Below, piece by piece: positions 25,015-37,228 of a stretch of DNA of 64,000 nucleotides (the stretch's first letter is position 1; every line of letters starts with the position of its first letter). Location: NCBI GenBank assembly GCA_951406725.2, contig OX597833.1, forward strand, positions 4,216,001-4,280,000. The letters run 5' to 3'. The DNA is from Octopus vulgaris (lineage: Eukaryota). Below the pieces are notes generated by a model. The model saw only the letters and a program-made list of their open reading frames with translations, was not told where the DNA came from and did not search any database. The position numbers and the translations under genes were made by a program.

Positions 25015-25075
25015 ATGAACTTTCTAATGGAGATTTCTTTACTTCTAACAAGTTTCTTGTTGTTGTTGCTGTTTG
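25015..25075 (+). pseudogene. Ig-receptor copy 2 exon 1, signal peptide
   Basis: Identical to 7535-7595 with GTAAGT donor; the gene is disrupted downstream. Confidence 0.72.
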
Positions 25076-25259
25076 GTAAGTATTTTGAATTGTCTTCAGA
25101 AAGTATCGTCTCTCACCAATCTTCATCTTTTCCTCTCTTTATACCTCTCATAACTGCTTGCTGCTTGTCAGTCTGTCTCTCTCTTTGCATCTAAATATGT
25201 GGGTATTTATGTTGATTTTTTATTACCCCCAAGGGGCCAAATATGTGGGTATGTATGTA

Positions 25260-26502
25260 TTAGGTTGTTTCACATGAAACATCACATTTTTAACTACTTG
25301 TTATTTCAGTCATTTAAAAACTCAATTATGTGTACCCTGCATTTAATCTTGACTCTTTTTCTTTCCCAACAATATTGGTTCACAAAATTCATACCCACAG
25401 ACCTCATGAAAAGGATAACAACCAAACTATGTTGAGTGATTTTCTCATATGAGTACAAACTCATTCACTCTGCCGCAGAAGCTCTACGGAACATCAAGTG
25501 GGTCTTTAGTAATGGAATTTTTTGATATCAGAATTGTTCAGAGATGGTTCCTAAATCTTGTTCAGGAGATGATAGCCTTGAAAATAAACCAAGGGGTAGG
25601 CCAAAATCAGTCATTCGGCATGATGGATTAAATGCTTTTGTTGAACAAAATCTAAGAACAAAGGTTTGAAAACTTTCATCAGAACCCCAAACATCTCATG
25701 CAACTGTTTTTGGACCCCTGTAAAAAATGGGAAAAGTCTAGAAAACGAATAGGTTTGTTCCACATCAACTGAATGAGATTCAAAAAGCAAACGCCTTAAA
25801 GTGTGCTCCTTATTGCTTTTTTGACTGAAAAAGGACTGTTTCTGCATCAAATCATTTCTTGTGATGGGAAATGGATACTCTTTGACAACAGCAGGAGAGG
25901 AGGTCAGTGGCCAGATGCAGGAGAGTCACCTAAACACTACCTAAACCCACCATTGTACCCTAAAAAGTTAGTGGTCACTCTTTGGTGGTCTGTGAAGGGA
26001 GTTATTCATTATTCATTTTTGCAACAAGGAGAAACGGTAACAGCAGCATCGTATTGCCAGGAAATTTACTGTATGCATGAGAATTTGAAAAAGGAGCAAC
26101 CCAGGCGAGTGAAGAGAGATGGCCCAATTTTGCTCCACCATAATGCACGTCCTCAAACTACGATCCAAAAGTTGCAAAGCCTGAATTATAAGATTTTGCA
26201 ACATCCTCCCTATTCCTCTAATATCTCTCCTACTAATTATCACTTATTTAAGCATTTTGGGCTTTTCATAAGCAATAAACATTCTTAAATAAAGAAGAGG
26301 TAATTGAAGCACTCGGACAGTTTACCTCAGCAAAAGATGAATTTATTCTTTTAAATGATGGAATACATGACATGGAAAAACGTTGGGTAAACGTCTTAAA
26401 TGAACATGGATCATACTTTGATTAAATAAATCAGTTCTCTAACACTTGTGAAACATTTCATTGTTTCCTTTCAAATGCGACATTTCGTGTGAAACAACCT
26501 AA
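25260..26502 (+). mobile_element. Full-length degenerate mariner transposon (intron 1, copy 2)
   Basis: TA flanks; TIR TTAGGTTGTTTCAC / GTGAAACAACCTAA; ~1.24 kb. ORF 25803-26288 has decayed motifs SCDGKW, HHNARP and HPPYSSNISPTNY. Confidence 0.88.
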
Positions 26503-26683
26503 TATGCATGTATGTAGGTATGCATGTATGCAAGCTCTCTCCCTCTATCTATCTATAAACATGTGTGTGTGTGTGTGTGTGCTATATTTAAAATTAAAGT
26601 TTAGATAAGAGTTGTAATGTCTCAATCATTTAAAAAACGAATTATACACACAAGCTCACACATACATATTAAAGATATATATA

Positions 26684-28035
26684 CCCTGCATCCTACATAA
26701 TTAGGTGACTCAACCGTCTCTCAATAAACAAATGTATATTCGTTGCAAATCAATTATTTTCCCACTGACTTTTGGCAACACCTTTCTGTGCACATTCTGT
26801 TAAAATAAATCAGATCTGTGCAGACAAAAGGAAGCGGCGGCTATTATCGTGTCACAGAAAAATGTCTTCTGTCCCAAATTACACGACAGGTGCCCAATTT
26901 CCTGGGAAAAGGAAAAACAACCATAGAAATACCAAAAATAGTGGGAAAAGATCACCGAACAGTGAAGGAATTTGTGCAGTCTCCTATTTCTGTTTGGTCA
27001 TGGGCAAATAATGTTAAGTTGAGAGTTGCTTCAAATCATTCTTTGTCACATGAGAAAAGTGAAGATGTGTGGAACTCAGGTCTGACAAGTAGAGAAGTCT
27101 TCAAATGCTGTGGCAGGGAAGACGCACCAAAAACTACCAGGTGTCGCCTCTTGAAGCAGGTAACCAGGAATGTTAAACCTGTTGCCAAGCAAAGTTTGGG
27201 TATCAATCAGAGGGAACCATCCTCATAGCTTGAGACGACAACAGGGGAGATATGGCGTCATGTTTTGGGTTGGCATTGTTTGTGGTGTGATGGTCAGACC
27301 ATGGAAAGTCCCAGATGGTATTAAGATGACATTGAAAACGTATGTTACCATCTTAAAGGACAATTTCCAACCGTGGTTCCAAATACAAGAAGTTTTCTTC
27401 AAGAAAAAGCTGGTCTTTAGGCAATATAATGCCTCATCTTATGCAGCCCAAAATTCTAAGGAATACCTGCAGCTATTAGGCTTTTCTTAAGGTCGTTTGA
27501 CTTAAACCCAATTGAGAACCTGTAGAGTGTCCTGAAGAGGCACATTTACCAAGATGGACGGCAGTTTTCAAGTAAAGTTGCCCTCTGGGATGCTATTGTA
27601 GATGCTGCTCAGATCATGACACAAGAAGATATCATCACCTTGACAAATTCAACGGATCAGAGCGTAAGGAAGGTTACTGCGTGTGGAGGGCCATACACGG
27701 AACACTAGGAGCTGTATCATAACGCTGTGACTATTTGAATGCCAATGTATTATTATGTTTACCATTAAGTCCTTTTCTATTGAATTAATTAAATGACTGT
27801 TCTGACACAATTATCAGTTTTATTATACTTGCCTAGTAATTTGTGACGGTGAAAATCTTGCCCAATCACAAAAACGGCTGCCGTTTGTTGGCGTCTGCAC
27901 AGATCTGATTTATTCTAACAGAATGTGCACAGAGAGGTGTTGCCAACAGTCAATAGAAAAACAACAAGTTTTAGAATGAATATGGATTCATTTATTGAGA
28001 GAAGGTTCATTTGTCTAATAATGTGGGACACAGTG
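26684..28035 (+). mobile_element. Tc1-like transposon paralog with internal deletions (intron 1, copy 2)
   Basis: Collinear with 8070-9611 but missing two internal segments. Confidence 0.85.
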
Positions 28036-28701
28036 TATATACATACATATATAAGAAAAATCATTCAAACACTGAGATTTGAAATCAGATGTCACCAGCA
28101 GTGACATAGGTGGATCGCAGGCGCAATAGCATTAAATAGCTATGAATTATATATTTGCACGAAGCGTAATGATGCTTAACAAGCATCTACCTGCTAGAAA
28201 TAAGAGCTAAAGTCTTAAATTAATCCACCGTACCGCACCAAGATAACAGAGAAATATATATCTATATATAAACACACACATATATATACAGAAACACATA
28301 TATATATTATTTTTTTTTACTTGCTGCAATCATTTGACTGTAGCCATGCTGGAGCACCACCTTTAGATGGACATGTTAACTCCAGGACTTATTGTTTGTA
28401 AGCCAAGTACTTATTCTATTGGTCTCTTTTGCCAAACCACTAAGTGGCGGGTCATAAACACACCAACATCGGTTGTCAAGCGATGGCGGGAGGATAAATA
28501 CAGATACAAATAACAAACACATACATACTTATATATACAACAGGCTTCTTTCAGTTTCCGTCTACCAAGTCCATTAAACAAGGCTTTCGTTGGCCTGAGT
28601 CTCTAGTAAAAGACACTTGCCCAAGGTTCCACGTAGTGGGACTGAACCCGAAACCTTGTGGTTTGGAAGCAAGCGTTTTATCACACAGCCGCTCCTGTGC
28701 T

Positions 28702-28733
<32 letters not shown>

Positions 28734-29791
28734 AACACACACATATACACATATGTATATACACAGACACAGTCACACACACACATATATATATATACAC
28801 ATACACACACACACATACATATATGTATATATCAATATATGCTACTCCAGCACTCCGTTGGTTATGACGACAAGGGTTCCAGTCGACCCAATCAACTGAA
28901 CAGACTGCTCATGAAATTAACGTGCAAGTGGCTGAGTACTCCACAGACTCGTGTGCCCTCAGGGAGATTCAGCCTGACACAGATTGTGACAAGGTGACCG
29001 TTTGAAATACAGGTACAACAGAAACAGGAAGAAAGGGTGAGAGAAAGCTGTGGTGATGGTGTACAGCAGGGTTCACCACCAGCCCCTGCCCGGAGCTTCG
29101 TGGAGCCTAAAATATTTACACTCAATAAACACTCATAACGCCCGGTCTGGGAACCGAAACCGCAAATCCACTGCCCTAACCACTGGGCCATTGCTCCTCC
29201 ACATAAAAGCATATATATATATAAATACACACACACACATATATATAGATAGATAGATACCGAGAGAGAGAGAGAGAAATACAGAGAGAAAGGGAGTGAA
29301 AGGAAGATAGATGGTTACATATACCCATACATATTTGTATATAAGGGCACAGGGGTGGCTGTGTGGAAAGAAGTTTACTTTCCGGCCACATGGTTCCAAG
29401 TTCAGTCCCACTGCATGGCACTATGGGCAAATGTCCTCTCCTATAGACTTGAGCTGACTGAAACCTTGTGAGGGGATTTGGTTGGCAGGAACTAAATCAA
29501 GCCCATTGTGTATGTGTATGTGTGTGTGTGGCTTTGTGTCTGTGTTAGTTCACCATACCACTTGGCAACCGGTGTTGGTTTGTTTACATCTCCATAACTT
29601 AGCAGTTTGGTAAAAAGAGAGCGGTGAAATAAGTATGAGTCTTAAAAAATGCACTGGGGTCAATTCGTTGAACTAAAAGCTGTTCAAGGTGGTGCCCCAG
29701 CATGGCCACAGTCTAATGAATGAAAGAAGTAAAGAAAAAAAGTAGCCAGACATTCATGTTTATTAATCTTTCTGTCTTTCCATCATTTCAG

Positions 29792-30127
29792 ATGTTCCAG
29801 TTGTGAAATCTCAAGCAGCGACATTCTCCATCTCTTCTTCTGCCAAAATTGGTGATTCTGCTCAGTTCTTCTGCAATGCCACCACCACAGTACCTCAGTA
29901 CTATGCTCATTTCATGCATAATGACAACATAACTGCTACAGCCATAGTTCCTGGTTTTGCAGTTCAAAGTAGTCCCAATACTTCAGTCAATGGTTCAGGC
30001 AACCACTATTGCTATAAGTATACAATCAGTTCTTTGTCTTGCTCTGACCGAGGGAATTACAGGTGTTATGTGCTGAATAAAAATGGTAATGTATTGGAGA
30101 GTAACAGTGAGACTCTTGATGTTCTGG
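29792..30127 (+). pseudogene. Ig-receptor copy 2 exon 2, Ig1 (open frame)
   Basis: 336 nt, same splice sites as copy 1; 14 amino-acid differences from copy 1. Confidence 0.85.
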
Positions 30128-30314
30128 GTAAGGATTACCTTTATCTACTTTCACTTTTACTCCCCCTTTCTCTCTCTCCTCTCCCTCTTCCCCTCTATCC
30201 CCGTCCTCCCCTCTCTCTCTCACATACAATGAAATTGTTGCTAATCCTTAACTTCCCTAAGAATATTTATTACATTTAAAATCCCTTTTTGTTCCCTTTT
30301 CTTTTTTCCTACAG

Positions 30315-30331
30315 GTCCAGCTGGAACTCCC

Positions 30332-30364
<33 letters not shown>

Positions 30365-30880
30365 TGTGTACAGTGCTCAGGTGCACTACAACTCATCTAA
30401 AGTGTATATATAATCAGGTGAAGTTTCGGCGGATTTCGGAAAGCATGAGGGCCTTAAAAGATGCAGTGTCATGGCAGTCAACAACTGACGCAGGCAGTTT
30501 ATTCCATGCTTCAGCAACTCTGAGCGTGAAAAAATGTTTCCGAAAGTCATGGGAGCTGTATTGTTTTCTGACTTTGTAGGCATGTCCACGTGTGTTAGAC
30601 ACATGGAGATCAAAAAATCTGACGGCTCCTTCTGATAATCAAATTCTCAATGACAATGTCACCGTTTCTTGCGAGAGTAACGTTGGGAGTCCTGCACAGG
30701 AATTACACCTTTGTGTTGGCAATACCTGCGCTAAACCAAACCCACCAGTGAAACAGGTCGATCAGTGCATTTTCACACAAACTGCAAGCCTAACATTTCA
30801 AGTCACCAAGACAACCAAGACGGCTACTTGTAGAGTGGGGTCAAGTTCTTTGGAAGATAAACAAACCTGGGAAGTTTACT
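30315..30880 (+). pseudogene. Ig-receptor copy 2 exon 3, Ig2, interrupted by a CR1 insertion
   Basis: GPAGTP-N then ~284 bp of foreign sequence with in-frame TAA at 30398-30400; Ig2 resumes at NLTAPSD (~30616). Confidence 0.85.
30335..30615 (-). mobile_element. 5'-truncated CR1-type LINE inserted in exon 3
   Basis: Minus ORF TRGHAYKVRK...DFRKHFFTLRVAEAWNKLP is a CR1 ORF2 C-terminus; (ATT)n tail; possible AAT duplication. Confidence 0.85.
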
Positions 30881-32458
30881 GTAAGTTGTCTGCTTTTCTT
30901 CTCTGTTGCTATTATCATTTCTTCAGAAATCACAGAAAACACAGTGAGTTGGTTGGATTCTTTGTAAGGAATGGATGGGAGGCAATGTGCCTTCCTCCAG
31001 AGATTGGCGTTTGGAGATTGATTGGAACCAGTGTTCACTCAATGCTCAAGATTCTTGGATTAGGTGTGAAGGTGGGAAATGAAGTTGCCAGAAAATTCTT
31101 GGAAGATTCTCACAAAGCAAGTCATTACATCTGGGTTGAGAGAGGAGATGAGTGATGCAGCTAGAATGAGCATGGGAGACAGGATAGAAACATCTTGCCC
31201 AGGATCTCAATATCATGTAGTTTGTTGGGTTGCCCTGGGTATCTCTGGTTTCACAGTGGAAGGGACTCAAACACCTACAGACCTCATTCACCGCCTGATG
31301 AGTCATGGACTCCTGCATTCAAGGACAGGGGACAGCACATAAGTGCTTACCCTAAATGTTAATCTTTTACTGGTTTCAGTCACTGGATTGTGCCCATGCT
31401 GGGGCTTTGTCCCCAACATTTGTTTCCACAATCATTCCAAGTGCAGGATGTATTTTGTCAACTCCTACTGAACGACTGCTAAGTCAAGCCTTTGATGCTT
31501 GACCAGTTTATTTTCTTCACTGCTAATACTAGACAGGGGCCGGGGATATCAATGTGCATGCACACAATTATATAATTAAGGGTGCTAAACTGAGTTATAC
31601 CATTTGGTTGATAACTGATGAAGAATTAGGGACTTTCTGTGTCTGTCTTCCGTCTGTTTGTGCACTTCATATACGTTATACATTTTCACTTGTTGTTTGT
31701 GTATTTACAATACGTTTTCTTTCATTTATTAAATAACGGAACACAATGCACTCTGTCTCTTATGAACAATAGATTATACATACATACATTCATACTTGCA
31801 TATAATTATTCAATGTTTTCTTCATTTGATCAGACAGCAGAGTGTAATGCAAGAGAAATTTAGTTGCTATTTCTAGCAGTGCTATTGACCCCACACATCT
31901 TTCATTCATTGTTTATATAGGGATTGGTGAAAATGGCAGAGAAATTATTTCTCTCTCATCACTGGGCATCAAGCCCAAGAAAATCTGTCACCCAAAGAGT
32001 GTTAAACATATATATCATCATCATCGTCACCATCATCATCGTTTAGCGTCCGCCGCTTTCCATGCAGGCATGGGTTGGATGGTGCAACTGGGGTCTGGGA
32101 AGCCAGAAGGCTGCACCAGGCCCAGTCTGATCTGGCAATGTTTCTTTGGCTAGATGCCCTTCCTAATGCCAACCACTCCATGAGTGTAGTTGGTGCTTTT
32201 TACGTTCCACGGCACAGGTGCCAGACGAGGCTGGCAAACGGACACGATCGGATGGTGCTGTTTACGTGCCACCAGCACAGAGGCTAGGAGAGTCTGGCAA
32301 CGGCCACGATCGGACGGTGCTTTTAACGTGCCACCGGCATGGACGCCAGTCGGGGGGTGGGGCTGGCAACGGCCACGTTCGGATGGTTCTCTTATGTGCC
32401 ACTGGCACTGGTATCACAGATACAATTTCCATTCATGTTGATCGATTTTGATTTTTTT

Positions 32459-32488
<30 letters not shown>

Positions 32489-32489
<1 letters not shown>

Positions 32490-35400
32490 CATCATCATCA
32501 TCATCATCATCGTTTAGCGTCCGTTTTCCATGCTAGCATGGGTTGGACGGGTCAACTGGGGTCTGTGAAGCTGGAAGGCTTCGTCAGGCCCAGTCAGATC
32601 TGGCAGTGTTTCTACGGCTGGATGCCCTTCCTAACGCCAACCACTCCGCGAGTGTAGTGGGTGTTTTTACGTGCCACCTGCACAGGTGCCAGAAAGAGCT
32701 GGCGAACGGCCACGAACGGATGGTGCTTTTACGTGTCACCGGCACGGGGCCAGGCGATGCTGGCAACGGACACGAACGGATGGTGCTTTTACGTGCCACC
32801 GACACGGGGCCAGACAGAGCTGGCAACGGCCACGAACGGATGGTGCTTTTACGTGCCACCGGCACGGGCCAGCCGAGGCTGGCAACGGACGCGAACAGAT
32901 GGTGCTTTTACGTGCCACCGACACGGTTGCCAGACAGAGCTGGCAAACGGCCACGAGCGGACGGTGCTTTTACGTGTCACCGGCACGGGGGCCAGCCGAG
33001 GCTGGCAACGGACACGGACGGATGGTGCTTTTACGTGCCACCGACACGGGGCCAGACAGAGCTGGCAAACGGCCACGAACGGATGGTGCTTTTACGTGTC
33101 ACCGGCATGGGGCCAGCCGAGGCTGGCAACGGATGCGAACAGATGGTGCTTTTACGTGCCACCGACAGGTTGCCAGACAGAGCTGGCAAACGGCCACGAG
33201 CGGACGGTGCTTTTACGTGTCACCGGCACGGGGTCCAGCCGAGGCTGGCAATGGACACGGACGGATGGTGTTTTTACGTGCCACCGACACGGGGCCAGAC
33301 AGAGCTGGCAAACGGCCACGAACGGATGGTGCTTTTACGTGCCACCGACACGGGGCCAGACAGAGCTGGCCAACGGCCACGAACGGACGGTGCTTTTACG
33401 TGTCACCGGCACGGGGCCAGGCGAGGCTGGCAACGAACACGAACAGATGGTGCTTTTACGTGCCACCGATACGGGGCCAGGCAGAGCTGGCAAACGGCCA
33501 TGAGCGAATGGTGCTTTTACGTATCACCGGCACGGGTGCCAGACGAGGCTGACAGCGGACACGAACAGATGGGTCACTTAACCCCTGCTTTCTGATATAT
33601 GATTTGATTTTGATTGTTCTCACTGGTCTTGCCGGGTCTTCTCACGCACAGCATACTTCCATAGGTCTCGGTCTCTGGTCATTTCCTTGGTGAGACCTAG
33701 AGTTCGAAGGTCGTGCTTCACCACCTCGACCCAGGTTTTCCTGGGTCTACCTCTTCCACAGGTCCCCTCAACTGCCAGGGTGTGGCACTTTTTCACACAC
33801 CTATCTTCATCCATTCTCACCACATGACCATACCAGCGCAATCGTCTCTTTTGCACACAACATCTGATTCCTCTTAGGTCCAACTTTTCTCTCAAGGTAC
33901 TTACACTCTGTCGACTATGAACACTGACATTACACATCCAACGGAGCATACTAGCTTCATTTCTCGCGAGCTTACGCATCTCCTCAGCAGTCACGGCCCA
34001 TGTTTCACTGCCATGTAGCATGGCTGTTCGTACACATGCATCATACAGTCTGCCTTTTACTCTGAGCGAGAGGCCTTTAGTCACCAACAGAGGTAAGAGC
34101 TCCCTAAACTTTGCCCAGACTATTCTTACTCTAGCCGTTACACTTTCAGCACACCCACCCCCACTACTGACTTGGTCACCAAGATAACGGAAGCTATCAA
34201 CTACTTCTAGTTTTTCCCCCTGGAAAGTGACGGAAGTTGTTTTCTGCAGATTTTCAGAGGTTAATGCTCCCGAGCATCTGCCACATACAAAAACCATCTT
34301 CCTAGTTAGCCTTCCTATGACATTGCTGCACCTCTTATGTGTCCATAGCTTACACTTGGTGCACCTTATAGAGTTTCTACCTATGCCTTTTTACAGATCG
34401 AGCAGGGCCATCTACCTGAAGGCGTTTGTGATTTGTCTACCTTCCTACTTATTACGACTTTGGTTTTAGCTAGGTTGACTCTAAGGCCCTTCGATTCTAA
34501 ACCATGCTTCCACACCTGAAACTTCTTCTCCAGTTCTGATAATGACTCAGCAATTAGAGCAAGGTCATCAGCATAGAGGAGCTCCCAGGGGCATCCTGTC
34601 TTGAATTCCTCCGTTATTGCCTGGAGGACTATGATAAATAGGAGGGGGCTGAGGACTGAGCCTTGGTGGACCCCTACCTCTACCCGGAATTCTTCACTGT
34701 ACTCATTTCCAACCCTCACCTTACTAGCAGCGTCCCTGTACATGGCTTGCACAGCTCTCACTAACCATTCTTCTATTCCTAGTTTCCTCAATGACCACCA
34801 TATGAGGGATCGGGGGACCCTGTCGAAGGCTTTCTCCATGTCAACAAAAGCCAGGTACAGGGCCTTATCTTTGGCTAGGTATTTCTCCTGCAGCTGCCTT
34901 ACCAGGAATATAGCATCAGTGGTACTTTTCCCTGGCACGAAACCAAACTGCATCTCATCTAAACTAACTCTCTCTAATTAGTTGGCTTATGACCCTCTCT
35001 GTAACCTTCATCACCTGATCCAACAGCTTGATACCTCTGTAATTATTTGTATCTAGGGCATCACCTTTACCTTTGTAGCAGTTGACTATTATGCTGCTAC
35101 ACCAGTCATTGGGTATGACTCCTTCATGTATCACCTGATTAACTATACAGGTGACTAGGCTATAGCCGACACTACCAGATATTTTGAGCATCTCTGCAGT
35201 GATACCTGATGGGCCTGGGGCTTTCCCTGTCTTCATGCTTCTAATTGCCTTAGCTACTAAGGAACTATCAACCCTGATAGCTGGTCCCTCTGTTGGGTCA
35301 ACGTTCGGCAGACTCTCTTTATCCCATTCATTTTCTTTATTCAGCAACCTTTCATAGTGGCATCTCCAAGCCTCTCTCTTTGCATCCTCGTTTAGCGCAA

Positions 35401-36060
35401 GTGAACCATCTTCCATGCGAACACACTTCTCTCCCACCACATCACAATTCTCTCTCACACACTGTCTTGCAACGCGAAACACCTCCAGTCTTTGGTCCTC
35501 ACGGCGCAGAACATTGGCAAATTTTTTCTTATCTGCTTCCCCTCTGGCTAGATAGACCTGTCTCCTAGCTTCCCTTTTAGCAGTCTGATACAATTCCCTG
35601 CTACCACCATTCTTCCAGTGCTTCCAAGTCTGTCTCTTTTCTCTAATAGCCCTGTCTACGACACTGTTCCACCACCACGTTACCTTGGGACGAGAGGGGA
35701 CTTTGCACCAGCCACAGATCTGGTCAGTGGCTCTCAGCAGGTTGTCCCTTAGAAACGTCCAGTTGTCCTCTACCCCATGTGATACACTATCCCCTTCTAC
35801 TTCGTCAAAGGCTTCAAGTAATATGTCTCTAAATCTCTGTCCATTCACAGGATCCTTAAGCTTCCAGATCCTTCTTCTCCATGTTGGTCGTCTTCTGGTT
35901 GTCCTCCTACTCCTGATCCTAAAGTCACTAACTACCAGTCTATGTTGTGGGTGCATTCTTCGCCTGGGAAGGTTTTGGCATTTATAAGTAGCCATCACTC
36001 CCTTTGCCTGGCAAGGATGTAGTCAATTTGGCTGGTATGTTGGCCCGATCGGTAGGTACA
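32489..36060 (-). mobile_element. 5'-truncated RTE-clade LINE with frameshifted endonuclease/RT, long 3' UTR and (GAT)n tail
   Basis: ORFs 34964-35998, 34381-34953 (FVDMEKAFDRV, GVHQGSVLSPLLF, YADD) and 33620-34297 (RTE C-terminus RGRGRPRKTW); continuous with the 3' UTR ending in (CAT)n at ~32489 on +. Confidence 0.9.
32655..33570. repeat. ~61-bp GC-rich tandem repeat, ~15 units, within the RTE 3' UTR
   Basis: GGTGCTTTTACGTG core recurs every ~60-62 bp; two unit variants largely alternate. Confidence 0.9.
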
Positions 36061-36062
36061 CC

Positions 36063-36210
36063 TTCCCAGAGACACCTCAAAATAGCAGGATATCTTGGGG
36101 TAGAACTATGGAACTGGACCCTGACACAAATGGGGTCTATGTGTGTACGGCTAACAACACGGTTGGCGGAATCTCTTATAACTTGACCAAGACTTTGACT
36201 GTTACTCTCT
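36063..36210 (+). pseudogene. Ig-receptor copy 2 exon 4 remnant (3' half of Ig3)
   Basis: FPETPQNSRISWGRTMELDPD...GVYVCTANN...|GTAAGT; the acceptor and 5' half are missing at the RTE junction. Confidence 0.85.
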
Positions 36211-36235
36211 GTAAGTCAGCCATCACTGTTTCCAA

Positions 36236-36266
<31 letters not shown>

Positions 36267-36994
36267 TGAATTCTTCCTTTCCTTTTTTTTTATCTTTCCT
36301 CCCATATTTTAACTTCAATTATTCTTTCCACCCTTATCATTTCCCTGCCTGTACCTGCAAACATCACAACTCTAAAATGCACCCACTACACTCTCGGAGT
36401 GGTTGGCGTTAGGAAGGGCATCAAGCTGTAGAAACTCTGCCAGATCAAGATTGGAGCCTGGTGCAGCCATCTGGCTCGCCAGCCCTCAGTCAAAATCGTC
36501 CAATCCATGCTAGCAAGGAAAGCGGACATTAAACGATGATGATGATGATGATGATGATGATGATATATATGAAAAAATAGAATTATTTCTCAGTCTCTCA
36601 GAGTCAGATATTCAGTAACAATTCTTTAAAAAAACCAGCTAATTGCCAACATAATGTGGCTGTAGAGGAAGGGACATTGTTGCTGTTCGTTAGCCCCAAG
36701 AAGCACCGTTTCCATCTGGCTATACGACACGCTACTTGTGTCCTTATTCTTTCAAACAGGGAATTCAGCATCCCCTCCTTGCACAAAACAATACTGACAA
36801 GTTTCAGGGTTATTGCTCTTCATCAACACAGAATAGCTTTTTGGCTAGGTGGCGCTGCTGAATTCATGGCTCAAATATACAGATTTCAATGTGACACACA
36901 GCCACTGATCCAGAAATAGAAATACTATTATTGTTAAAACTCTCAGAGGGAGACATTCAGTAAGAGATCTTTAAATTAATAGCTAATTACCAAC

Positions 36995-37028
<34 letters not shown>

Positions 37029-37147
37029 GTATGTATATATATATATACTACTACTATAGGATGTTTTTTCTCTACAGAAAAAAATTCCATCAAGAAATGT
37101 GGCAGCATATTAAAATATTTTTCTTGATGCAATTTTTTTATGTAAAG

Positions 37148-37228
<81 letters not shown>

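Noticed and set aside
32543-33595. Long ORFs in three frames and a CRISPR-like periodicity
   Set aside because: Simple tandem repeat in a LINE 3' UTR; there are no unique spacers and no cas genes, and the context is eukaryotic.
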